Below are positions 24,515-36,539 of a DNA stretch of 64,000 nt, in pieces; position 1 is the stretch's first letter, and every line of letters begins with the position of its first letter. The position numbers and the translations under genes are program-made. The notes beneath the pieces are model-generated. The model was not told where the DNA came from. It was given only the letters and a program-made list of their open reading frames with translations, and made no database searches. This DNA is from Somniosus microcephalus (lineage: Eukaryota). The stretch lies in contig CM126208.1 of the NCBI GenBank assembly GCA_052327205.1, positions 96,658,001 to 96,722,000 on the forward strand, written 5' to 3'.

Positions 24515-24861
24515 TGATAATTACAAGACACATGTGACTTAACTTTCTGTGGCAAGTTTAATGGGCAAATGCAACAACTTCATGAAAATTAAGGGAAGGT
24601 TAAGTGGGAGATGCCAGTTCCGCAAAGCTAACGGTGGAGTAGCGCAAATCCGCAAAGCTAACGGCGGAGTGGCACAAATCGGCCAGCAACTTGTGACGAT
24701 TCACAATTCACGAGGTATCTCTTCCTCGCTACAAGTTGCTGGCCAATTTGCACAATAATGGCGTGTGTCGTTCAGACGCCGTTATTTTTTCAGCAAAATC
24801 CAGCCCAATGAGCATTGATTTGGAAATAAACTCAAGTACTTGGCAAAAATGAACCACTTAC

Positions 24862-25039
24862 ATGTGCTCATGAGCAGCTTTTATGGCCTTTGCAGCATAG
24901 CCCATAGATTTCAATACTTCAGTATTTGTGTTGGCATTTTCCAACGCTTCTCGTTGGAATTCAATGGTAGAGAGTGTACCATCAATCTGTGCTAACTGTT
25001 TTTCAAATCTCTTCTTTCGTTTGAGTGCTTGTAGGGCAG
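24862..25039 (-). CDS. CHMP4C: CHMP4C coding exon 2 (178 nt)
   Basis: tttccccag|CT ... AT|gtaagt; encodes AALQALKRKKRFEKQLAQIDGTLSTIEFQREALENANTNTEVLKSMGYAAKAIKAAHEHM. Phases match the flanking exons. Confidence 0.96.
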
Positions 25040-25322
25040 CTGGGGAAAGAAACAACATAACTATGAATGCAATCAATTCAATGAGTATAACTTTAGTTCC
25101 AGATTTTCAGAAAGCATTTTTAGAATATCGATCACATAATGATCATCAAGGGAAACTACAAAAATAGAAATACCCAATGTAACATGCAAGTAGAGAACAA
25201 GAAACAACTTCAACTGAACAAGCAGATGGATATTTATGAGTGGTCAGGTCTACTTAGATGGTAAAGAGCAAAACACTGCAATTATGAGAAATCTGAAACA
25301 AGAGCTTGCGAAACAGCACTTT

Positions 25323-26020
25323 GGCCTAGAAATTGGGTTCTGGTCTTGCCAGGGCTGTAGCGCCAGAAAGTTTGCGCCAGCGGTAATGCGGCAGCGCCCG
25401 ACGAAAATTCGGGTGCGCCGGGCCCAGACGGCGGCGGGCGCTAAAACCCTCCTTTAGCGCCTCAAAACGGGCGTCAACTTGGGTTTCCCGGCGCTAATCC
25501 CCTGCTGCGGCACCCGATGCGGTGCGGCAGGCGGGGGAACTGCAGGCCTCCTCCTCCTGTTAAGGAGGAGCTGCCTGCAGCCGACAACTGTCCGGCGGAT
25601 TGACCCGACATCTGAGCCCGGCACCTCGGGGAAGTGCCGGGCTCGCATGAGACACTGATTAGGGCCGCGGGGGGGGGAATGCAGGAGTCCGGGAAGGGAG
25701 GTGCGGGCAGGCGGCCGCCGGGAACGCGGCCGGCCGCCGCTCCACCTTTATGCGCCGGCGCACACTGGGGGAAGACTCTGTTGCCAGAGTCTTAGTTGCG
25801 CCTGCCACGGGCGAGGCGGGTGCAACTGAATTTCGGCTTGGGGCCGGGTTACCACGGCAACCGGGACGCTGCGCACACCGATGACGTCATCGGTGCCGGC
25901 GCAGCGCTACCGGTCTACCGCCGCGGAAGGGCCCCAGGCAATTTAGGAACCGGCGCCAATTGCAGCGCTAGGCCCTCTAGCGCCGCAAAATCGGTGCTAA
26001 GGGCACTGAATTTCTAGGCC
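25323..26020. mobile_element. GC-rich PIF/Harbinger-type MITE
   Basis: TIRs ggcctagaaatt / aatttctaggcc (perfect 12 bp); TSD TTT. Confidence 0.8.
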
Positions 26021-26079
26021 TTTATCTTTTTATTAGGCACTTTGCAACTACTGGCTTTAATATTGATTTTAATAACTTC

Positions 26080-26313
26080 AAACTTCTTTACCCAGAGTGG
26101 TGAGAATGTGGAACTCGCTACCACAAGGAGTAGTTGAAGCGTATAGATGCATTTAAGGGGAAGCTAGATAAGCACATGAGGGAGAAGGGAATTGAGGGTC
26201 ATATGCTGATAGAGTTAAATGAGGAAGGATGGGAGTAGGCTGGAGTGGAGCATAAATACTGACATAAACTGGTTGGGCCGAATGGCCTGATTCTGTGCTG
26301 TATATTCTATGTA
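26080..26313 (+). mobile_element. CR1 3' fragment
   Basis: ttctttacccagagtggtgagaatgtggaactcgctacc...gggccgaatggcctg...tattctatgta. Confidence 0.8.
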
Positions 26314-29300
26314 AAACCTTAACTTTAGCTCCCACTTTCTTTACAATATGAGATGCCGGCTATGTGGGATGGGTATACGGCATTCCTTGGGATGGGGAAG
26401 GGGGGTTGGGGAACAGGCTGGCACCTGGGTGGGGAGTGGGGACCTTCATTGGAACACTGTGCTGGCAGGGCAAAATAGCCAAGACCAATGCCTGAGATCA
26501 GAGTGCTTGGATTGTTGGACCACTAAACAAAGGGTAGGCTGACGAAGAGGATTGGTAGCACATCTGTTCTCTCTCCACCCACATCTAGCTCTTTACAAGT
26601 GGCACAGAAAAGATGTGTGTTACAATTTATAAAAACATTTGGACAATGATCCAGCAATCCATAAAATAGCTGTCACTTCTATTAGAAGCAATTAATAAAC
26701 TTGATTGACAGTAAAAAAAAAATTGCGGTTTACATGAGTGTGCTTACTTGGAAGTTCTATCTTGCACAGTAGGTCTCAAAGAGCCATATCCTTAATACTC
26801 ACAATTGTAGAATGCTGTTTGAACTAAGCTTTGTAACCACGGGGCATAGACAAAGTAGTCAGAAAGAATACGGGAGTGAGACACAAGTAGAGACACAGTC
26901 ACAGGAAGAGAGAGATATTTTCTCCCACCCCAAATATGGGCAATGTCACAATCAATTTTTAAAAAACCTTCTATAACATGATTTTTGTATGCCTTTCAAA
27001 GAGGATGTATTGTATGCAAGAATACACATGCTTACCAACTTTAAAATACAAGTCCATAAACAAGTAAAAAGGAAAACAAAACTCTAATTCAACCATATTG
27101 TTAAACTTTTCTAGTGTGGTTAAAACATTTCAATTATCAGTTGAAATTTTTAAAAAAATCAGAACAGCAGTTCTCAACCTTCTTTATTTCAGAACCCCCT
27201 TTTGCAAAAATCTGAAAATTTTACAACCCCTTCTTTTCTGTGACCACAATTTACCCATGACTAACTAAATAGTAAAAAGTAAACCACTTCCTGAACCACC
27301 CCTCTTTGCCACTCTGCTCCTTGAGGTACTCTCCCATCCCACTCAGGCGCTCCTCCCTGCCACGCACATGGCTGCTGGTCCTGGCTCCTTCCTTACATTT
27401 TTGCTTGCCCAGGAGCAATTTTTTTGATCTGCCAAAAACTGTTACAATAACAGAAATTCACACTTGCAGCACACAGCAAACAATCAACTCCTAGAGCAAA
27501 GCAGTTGGGACCAGCACTAAGGACCACTTCAGGAAGCAGAATGGCAAGTGGTCACGGGCCCTCCTCCAAGGAGAAAGGAATTGGTTCAGACCCATTGCCA
27601 TATCAAAAAAATAAAGAACCAATGAAGCAATGTGCTGAAAGGAAACATTTTTCCTGTGCTATAAAGGTAAACAGTTCTTCTTGGGTAAGAGAAAGTGGCA
27701 ATACACTTTTTAATGTACTCTTCGTTCCTAAAATACAATTATACTTGCCTACTATTGAAGATAGATGTTGCCAAAACCTTTGCTTGGAATTACTGCACAA
27801 CAGTGAATAGCACTAAATTATATCAAACCAGTGAAATCCAATCTATTGTGATGCAATTAGCTTAGGTTCTTGGCCACACATTACAGTACTTGCAAAACTG
27901 CAAGTTGTCAGTGTTTCATGTGCAGCTCAAAAAGCTAGGCAGAGTGTAGGTTTATTAAAACAATATGATCAACATTAGTAAACATAATATTGAATGTTGT
28001 GATAATGCTATAAATGCAGTACACAATAATGTAACAATTTTCTCATTTGTATGCAAGACTTCTAACTTACAAGCATTATATGCACACAAAGTGACTTCTA
28101 AAGGCCTTTTTTCTAAATAAAATTGGTAAAGTAGTACAGTACCACTGGGTGTGGCTTTATGTAGTTATTGTTTGGCTTGGGGCTTCAAATTGTTCCAGAA
28201 CACACTGTCCCAGATACACCATTCACTCAAAACACAGGGGAATTTTACTGCATTTTTATTTGCAACACTGTGAATCATCATTGTCCAGAAATTCAGAAAG
28301 ATGGTAGTTTGTAAATCGCAGGTTTACACCCAAAATTTCCAAACCTCTGGGGGAGGTACTAAACAGAAAATAACAGTCTTCCCGCAAGAAAAATGGGAAT
28401 CAGTACAAGTTGTTCCAGGCCACCTGCACAGGAACATTAGAATTGGTCTGCAAAAACAATGCCTCCCAACACGCTTGACCTGCAATTGATGCACGATTCA
28501 GACTGAGGAGAGAAAATATTTTGAAATAGGGCCAAAAACATACATGACTTCACAGTGCTTCATTACAAGTTAAACCACAAAAACTATTGTTTACATTGGA
28601 TCTCACATTCAAATGTTATCCATCATTTCCCAAAATCCTTAAGGATTGTGGAACCAAATTCAGTTTAAGCAAAATGATGGCTTATTATTCTACGGTTCAT
28701 TCATATTTAGACAGAAAAGACGTTTCTAGGAAAGGGAAAAAAGAAGCCCCAGAGTTTAAACCATTCACCAAATGTGACTTACAGCTGTCTAAGATGATCT
28801 GACAGAAAGAAGGATTACAGGTTTACGTAGCATTTATCACAGATCAGACCAGAGAAGACTGAAAAGATTTGGAGGTGTTCCTTCTGCAAGTATGAAGAAA
28901 GTGAATAAACCCGAGGTGATCTGTCAAGAGAAAGACATGTACCCAATTAAAACATGCAAAATAAAATTAGAGGGAAACCATGCATTAAAATTAAAATGTC
29001 AAAATGCATCCTCTCCTTCTCAAACATTTAGCAATTAACAAATTAATTTATAAAATCAAGTTGTGAAATGAATAACCATTAACCCTGGACAACCGCAGTA
29101 GCAGTCTATACATGTTCAAAGTTATTAGAACAATATTCTTTGAAATGTGCTCAATCCCATCTAATATTTGGCATTACACAGTAAATTTGCTTACTGAAAT
29201 GTAATTTGTGCAAGTTATATATAATATGGCAGAAAAGGCACTCCATAAAGCCAAAACAAAAATTTACTATTCAAATACAAGCATTGTCATTTTGTTCCAT

Positions 29301-31206
29301 TCAAATTTCATTTAAGTTTTATTCTCTATTAACTTTTAATAGATTTTAGTGATAAGAAATTACTCAGCTTTAAACTAAACACAAATCTGTCATATTTCAA
29401 TCTTTAATGGCAGAAACAAATCAAGATTTGCCTTTAAGAACCTGAGCAGCAGTTCTTCAAATAGCTCAATGAGAGAATATACCACAGACCCAAAGAGACG
29501 AGGAAGGTTCAATTCCTACTCTGTACTAACAGCCAAACTTAGAGTATATAACAACTGGTCGCACCAATATTATCTTCATGAGTGAAATGTTGCATTGTTT
29601 CCCAAGGTGTATTTGGTTTGTGAGGATAGCGTTCTTTAAAATAAAATAATAAATTGTTCTTTATTTTAATAGGAATTATTATTACGAGTGCTAAGACTCT
29701 TTAAAACAATTCCAAATGCTGTTGATTCTAGCTGAGGTTCACTCTTAAAAGTAACCTCACATATTTTAATGTGCACCAGACAGCTGAAGAGAGCATTTCC
29801 ACCTGTTGTAAACTAGTTGGCATGCGTCCAAATGATCACAATTGTTACATTCTCTTGCAAAGTCCACTCCCATACTAGAATTATGGTAGCTTGCCTATAG
29901 AATACTAAATGCTGCAGGTGTTCTACAAAACAGAGCTAAACTGAAACTGCCACTGAGATGAAGTTACAATAACCAGGACCTGTAGAATTTACAGTGGTGT
30001 AGAGCAATCTTCAAAGTGGATATAGTGTACATCCCATGCTGAAGAATTATTTTTGGGAGGGGCACATTCTGGCATCTCACCAAGAATATTTACATTATTA
30101 ACACTTTATTTGATGCATTTTTCCAGCATTTTGGAGTAAACTATTTGTAGACAGCTATTAGAAGCCAGCCAGACCACGGCCAGCACCTAGAAGCTACCCA
30201 TTCACAACCAACACGAGACTTAAGAATTTTACATTTAAGGCCGGCTATACCTCGCACATCTTTTGTGCTCCCTGTTACCACATCTCTTCAGCTTTTGCCA
30301 AGTCTCTCCATCATGTCTCTATCCCTCTTATGCAGCAGGGAAATAATTCCATCAGGAGGGAGGGAGAGAGAAAGAACGAGAGCAAGACCGACCAGTTAAA
30401 GGGCTCACGCATCAAAAAAATTACAGGGAACATTGTTTCCAGCATCTGCAGTATTTTGCTTTTGTATTACTGATGCCATCAAGCTAGCTATGCAACCAAT
30501 CATATTGAAGAATTCTCACAGACAGCAAACCAGGAAGTAAAAAGCACTGATTTTCCTTCACTTTTTAATCATTTTACCGAGAGCGAAATAAAGATTGGGA
30601 GGTACACATGGGATTAAGGTAGAAGCTGAAATATCATTAACAAACTTTAAAAAAAATTACAAAAAAACATGAAATTTTTATCACAATGGAAAAATTTGAC
30701 ATTCCACAAATATAGTTTGTTTTTCAGGGCCAGAACGGTTGTTCAGCAGTAATTATGACACAGTACGCTATTAAAAACCCAGTTACACCTCATTCAACAA
30801 GGCTTAACTTTTTTGGAGGTTTTTAAGAGCGATATTCCAGCGTAAAATCGTACATTCTCGTCAATTCAGTGTACAAAACAGATCAACCAACCAACCATTC
30901 AGAAAAAATCTGCATTATTACCTGACGACATAATATACTTTGCATTTAAAACAGCTGACTAGGGTACATGACAGTCTAACATCATTAGGAGAATGTCAAT
31001 CATCAGATATAATTGTACCACAATGAGCCAAGGAGGGAGATTAATTTCCACATGTCACATCATTACGTACTGGTCCAATGGCCGAATACACAGGAATGGA
31101 CTATCTTCCTCAACACCTAAATAGACAAGAGGGGCGATCCCAAAATAAAATGGGTGGGTTCCTGTTTGTCTTGATTCAGCGTTGCTTCGGCTGTTCTTTT
31201 CTGAAA

Positions 31207-31356
31207 GCACACTAGAGGCTAAAGGGATCAAGGGATATGGGGAGAAAGCAGGGACAGGGTACTGAATTTGGATGATCAGCCATGATCTCATTAAATGGCG
31301 GAACAGGCTCGAGGGGCCGAATGGCCTACTCCTGCTCCTATCTTCTATGTTTCTAT
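31207..31356 (+). mobile_element. CR1 3' UTR fragment
   Basis: gggatcaagggatatggggagaaagc...gggccgaatggcctactcctgctcctatcttctatgtttctat. Confidence 0.8.
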
Positions 31357-31688
31357 AATCAGATCTGCTTCTAATACCACAGCTCAAATTAATTTGTGCT
31401 GAGCAGTTATTTCTCAGCAACTCTGAATCCTCTATAAATCCAAAGTCCAGTTTATGGAGATTGTAGTAAAAATTTCAAAGAAGGCATCTCATAGAAAAGT
31501 AGTAGTGAAAATTAGCATGCATAGCATTGGAGGCACTGTACCGAGATGGACCCAATCCTAGCTGGGAAATAGGAAACAGAGAATTTGTATCAATGCAAGT
31601 ATTCTGGGTAGAGGGGCATGATGAATGGGATCCTTTCAGAAATGACCTGGAAGGTGGTGTCGGTAGCTTCATCTCAAAGTTTGTGGAT

Positions 31689-32709
31689 CTTCTTTTTAGG
31701 CAGTCCCTTGGAACCGAGGATGACTTGCTTCCACATTAAAAATGAGTTCTCAGGTGACTCACGAGTCCAATGCGGGACCTACCGTCTCTGTCACAGGTGG
31801 GGCAGACGGTGGTTGAAGGGACGGGTGGGTGGGCTGCTTGGGTTGATGTGCGCTCCTTGCGCTTGGCTTCTGCTTGCTCCCGGCGAAGAGACTCAAGGTG
31901 TTCGGCACCTTCCCGGATGCTTCTCCTCCACTTTGTGCGGTCTTGGGCCAGGGATTCCCAGGTGTCGATGGGGATGTTGCACTTTTTCAAGGAGGCTTTG
32001 AGGGTGTCCTTGAAGAGTTTCCTCTGCCCACCTGGGGCTCGCTTGCCGTGCCGGAGCTCTGAGTAGAGCGCTTGTTTTGGGAGTCTCATATCGGACGTGC
32101 AGACGATGTGACCCATCCATCAGAGCTGATCAAGCGTGGTCAAAGCTTTGATGCTGGGGATGTTGGCCTGAGCGAGAACACTGACGTTGGTGCGCCTATC
32201 CTGCCAATGGATTTGCAGGATCTTGCGGAGGCAGCATTGGTGGTACCTCTCCAGTGCTTTGAGATGCCTGCTGTACATGGTCCATGTCTCTGAGGCATAC
32301 AGCAAGGCGGGTATCACTGCTGCTCTGTAGACCATGAGCTTAGTGCCGGCTTTGAGGTCCTGGTCTTCAAACACTCTCTTCCTCAGGTGACCGAAGGCTG
32401 CACTGGCACACTGAAGGTGGTGTTGGACTTCGTCATCGACTTCTGCCCTTGTTGACAGTAGGCTCCCGAGGTATGGAAAGTGGTCCACGTTGTCCAAGGC
32501 CTTGTCGTGGATTTTGATAATCGGTGGCAGTACTGTGTGGCGGGGGCAAGTTGGTAGAATACCTTTGTCGTACAGATGTTTAGTGTTAGGCCCATGCTCT
32601 CGTACACTTCGGTGAAGGTGTTGACAATGGTTTGGAGTTCGATCTCCGAGTGAGCGCAGACGCAAGAGGATGGGACGACCTTCGATCTGGACTGGAGGCG
32701 ACGGAGGTT
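31689..32709 (-). mobile_element. RTE-clade LINE, 5'-truncated and frameshifted
   Basis: DHFPYLGS...ALLYASETWT...RLPKQALYSEL...CPTCDRD..SHLRTH; (AAG)-type tail. It splits an old CR1 motif KFVD|DTK. Confidence 0.9.
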
Positions 32710-32858
32710 GACACAAAAGTAGCAGAGGTGCCTAATGAAGGTGTCAGCCTTGGCTCAGTGGTAGGTCTCTCGCCTTTGAGTCAGTAGGTTGTGGGTTCAA
32801 TAGTCAGTAGGTAATGGGTTCAAGCTCCACTCCAGAGACTTAAAGCACATACTGTAAT

Positions 32859-33329
32859 TGAAACATATAAAATTCTTAAGGGGCTTGACAGGGTACTCTT
32901 TTGTTTGGACCCAAAAAAAACAAAACAAATTGGACTGTAAATTAACAAAAGTTCAACTAAAACTTAACAAATCAAATTAAAATGTGGTTTTCCAGCTGGA
33001 TGATGGGCTTGACAGGGTAGATGCTGGGAGGATGTTTCCCTTGGCTGGGGAGTCTAGAACTAGGGGTCACAGTCTCAAAATAAGGGGTCGGCCATTTAGG
33101 ACTGAGATAAGGAGAAATTTCTTCACTCGACGGGTTGTGAATCTTTGGAATTCACTACCTCAGAGAGCTGTGGAGGCTCAGTGGTTAAGTATATTCAAGA
33201 CAGAAATCGATAGATTTTTGGATACTAAGGGAATCAAGGGATATGGGGATAGTGCGAGAAGGTGGAGTTAAGGTAGTAGCGGAGCAAGCTTGAAGGGCCA
33301 ATGGCCTACACCTGCTTTCTTATGTTCTT
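32859..33329 (+). mobile_element. CR1 3' fragment containing a 109-bp insert
   Basis: GLDRVDAGRMFPLAGESRTRGHSLKIRGRPFRTEIRRNFF; insert 32896-33004 flanked by the 15-bp duplication GGGCTTGACAGGGTA. Confidence 0.85.
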
Positions 33330-33523
33330 ATAATCTAGGCTGGCATTTCAGTGCAGTACTGAAGCAGTGTTGCACTGTCAGAGGTGCAACACTCAGATGA
33401 GACGTTAAACTGAGGCCCCATCTGCCCTCTCAGGTGGGGGTAAAATATCCCATGGAAATACTCGAAGAGCAGGGAATTCTCCTAGTCTCCTGGCCAACAC
33501 CACCACCACTACCAAAACAGATA

Positions 33524-35765
33524 ATAGAATCACAGAATGGTACAGCACAGAAGGAAGCCATTCAACCCATCATGCCTGTACCAGCTCTTTGGTAGAGCTA
33601 TCCAATTAATCCCACTCCCCTGCTCTTTCCCCATAACTCTGTAAATGTTTTTCCCTTCAAATATTTATCCAATTCTCTTTTGAATGTTACTATTGAATCT
33701 GCTTCCACCACCCTTTCAGGCAGTGCATTCCAGATTACAACAACTCGCTGTGTAAAAAAATGTTTCCTCATTTTGCCTCTGGTTCTTTTGCCAATCATCT
33801 TCAATCTGTGTCCTCTGGTTACTGACCCTTCTGCCAATACGAACAGTTTCTCTTTATTTACGTTATCAAAACCATTCATGATTTTGAACATCTCTACCAA
33901 ATCTCCTCTTAACCTTCTCTGCTCTAACCCTAACCCCAGCTTTTCCAGTCTCTCCACATAACTGACATTCCTCATCTCTGGTATCTTTCTGCACCCTCTC
34001 CAAGGCCTTGACATCCTTTCTAAAGTGTGGTGCCCGGAATTGAACACAATACTCCAGCTGAGGCCTAACCAGTGTTTTATAAAAGGTTTAGCATAACTTC
34101 CTTGCTTTTGTACTCCATTCATAAAGCCCAGGATCCCAGATGCCTTTTTAACAGCCTTCTCAACTTGTCCTGCCACCTTCAAAGATTTTTGTACATACAC
34201 CCCCGCGTCTCTCTGTTCCTGCACCCCCTTAAAATTGTACCATTTAGTTCATCTTGGCCCAGTAATTCCGGGCACAACGCGTGAGTACGGACGGGGTACT
34301 CACGCGTGTGCCCAGAGGAACTGCCAGTTTTCAGCATGCACAGCGCATGCGCTGAAAACCGGCATTTCCTGTCCTCTGACCCAAGGGGTTAAGAGGCAGA
34401 ACGCGCGCGACTGCACAGGCAGCGCGTGCGCAGTAAAATTCCTTTTTTTTTTCCAGAGTTGCGCGCGTGTAAAGGCCTCCGGTCTTTACGCGTGGAAAAA
34501 CAAGACGTAAGTATTTAGTTTTTCAGGTAAGTGGGCTTTTAGTACAATGTAGACATTTTTTTTCCACAGGTTTGTTATTTTTAAAGAATTTACAGGATGG
34601 TAAGTTTAGTTTTAGACCCTATTTTTTTTTAATTTATTTTTTTCAAAAAATTGATTAATTGTTTAAAACATTTTTTAAAACTTATTTACAGTTAATATAA
34701 TCAGTGGGGTGTTTTTTAAAATTTTATTTAAAGTTAAAGTAGTGTTTTGGCAGCCCATACTTTTCATGAGTTTGACAGCTCTTACTGTCAAACTCATGAA
34801 TGAGTTTCCCCTCCCCTGATTGGCTGCACAGTGCTCACCTGATCCCAGCCGGCACATCGCACTAACTACGCCGCTGGATCAGGTAAGCACAATGCGCCGA
34901 CAGCTGAACCGGGCCAGTGACAGGAAATGCAAGCAGGCCCGGCTTCAGATGTCGGCGCACAGGGTGAGTGCACATCGGGGGCTTGCACGCGCGGCAAGCC
35001 CCCGATCCTAATTTCAGGGCCATTGTCTCTACTCATTCTTCCTATCAAAATGCATCACTTCACACTGTGTTAAATTTCATCTGCCAAGTGTCTGCCCATT
35101 TCACCAATCTGTCTATGTCCTCCTGAAGTCTGTTACTATCCTCCTCATTGTTTACTACATTTCCGAGTTTCGTATCATCTGCAAACATTGAAATTATGCC
35201 CTGTATGCTCAAGTCCAGGTCATTAACATATATCAAAAAGAGCAGTGGTCCTAATACCGGCCCCTAGGGAGCACCACTATATACTTCCCTCCAGTCTGAA
35301 AAACAACCATTCACCACTACTCCCTGCTTTCTGTCCCTTAGTCAATTTTGAATTCAGGCTGCCACTATCCTTTTAATCCCATGGGCTTTAATTTTGCTAA
35401 CAAGTCTATTATGCGGAACTTTGTCAAACACCTTTTGATAGTCCACATACACATCAACCGCACTACCCTCATCAACCCTCTCCGTTACTTCATCAAAGAA
35501 CTCGATCAAGTTAGTCAAACATGATTCGCCTTTAACAAATCCATGCTGACTTTCATTTATTAGCCCATACTTTTTGAAATGCCAATTAATTTTGTCCTGG
35601 ATTATTGTCTCTAAGTTTCCCCACCACCGGCATTAGGCTGACTGGCCTGTAGTTGCCAGGTTTATCCCTCTCCCCTTTTTTAATAAGTGATGTAACATTT
35701 GCAATCCTCTAGTCCTCTGGCACCATCCCCATATCCAAGGAGGATTTGAAGATTGTGTGCAGAGC
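33524..35765 (-). mobile_element. CR1 LINE ORF2 fragment, degenerate, interrupted by a MITE
   Basis: [14 protein letters not shown]...RKHFFTQRVV; the upstream part carries NYRPVSL and FADDT motifs. Confidence 0.9.
34256..35021. mobile_element. PIF/Harbinger-type MITE
   Basis: Ends ggcccagtaatt / aatttcagggcc; internal hairpin ttcatgagtttgacag...ctgtcaaactcatgaa. Confidence 0.65.
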
Positions 35766-35999
35766 CTCTGCAATTTCCACCCTCATGTAGATTATGTTGT
35801 CATTTATCTTATTGTTGTTTGTGAGACTTTGCTGTGTGAAAATTGGCTGCCACGTTTGCCTGCATTACAACAGTGGCTACACTTCAAAAGTACTTCATTG
35901 ACTGTGAAGTGCTTTGGAGTTCTGAGGAAGTGAAAGGCAGCTTATAAATAGAAGTTTTTTTTCCTTCTTAATACAGTGCAAGATGAGGCAAGCTACATA

Positions 36000-36535
36000 G
36001 GAACTTAGACTGGGGAGGTCGGCAAACAATTGGCAGATGCAGTTCAATATAAGTATAAAGTCATGCACTTAAGAGATACAAACTAAGAAGCGCAATTATA
36101 GGATTAAGATCAATCAGGAAAGGGATGTGGCAGTTTTAGTAAAATCCCACAAGACATCAAGCCAAAATCTGGCTGCTATCAAGAAAGTAAACGGATGTTA
36201 GGGGACTGGAGTGTAGATCAAAGGCGGTTATCTTGCCACTAAGAGAGTGTTGGCCAGGCTTCTGAAACCCTCATTACAGGAAGGGTGCATTTGCTGAAAA
36301 AAGTGCAAAGAGTCACTACTGTAGAATGATTAGGGGACTAGAGAATAAAACATACGTGGATATGCTCACAGAAGTGGGGCTCCTCATTGGAGATGAAGAG
36401 ACTGATGAGAATATTGAGATATTAAAATTAGTAAAGCTTAGGAATATAGAGGACAGTCAGGACAATTTGATTTGCTACAGGATAACTGAACAAGTATAAG
36501 CTGATTCAAGCGGAACAGAAAGCATTACTTTCACT
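36000..36535 (+). mobile_element. Highly degenerate CR1 fragment (continues about 37700-37830)
   Basis: tggcagatgcagttcaat...aaagtcatgcac (WQMQFN..KVMH). Confidence 0.55.
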
Positions 36536-36539
36536 GACT

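Larger units (their letters stand above)
23813..24806. mobile_element. PIF/Harbinger-type MITE hosting the palindromic insert
   Basis: TIRs gggccagattttgctg / cagcaaaatccagccc; TSD AAT; 30-bp internal tandem duplication at about 24621-24680. Confidence 0.75.
32745..35965 (+). mobile_element. Deu-type SINE split into three pieces (about 32745-32850, 33330-33522, 35767-35965)
   Basis: Head, body and tail are collinear with the less-disrupted copies at 56840-57270 and 58303-58660. Confidence 0.7.

Noticed and set aside
30255-30880. Fragments resembling a small TIR element, a Penelope tail and a MITE interior
   Set aside because: Boundaries and TSDs could not be established by eye.
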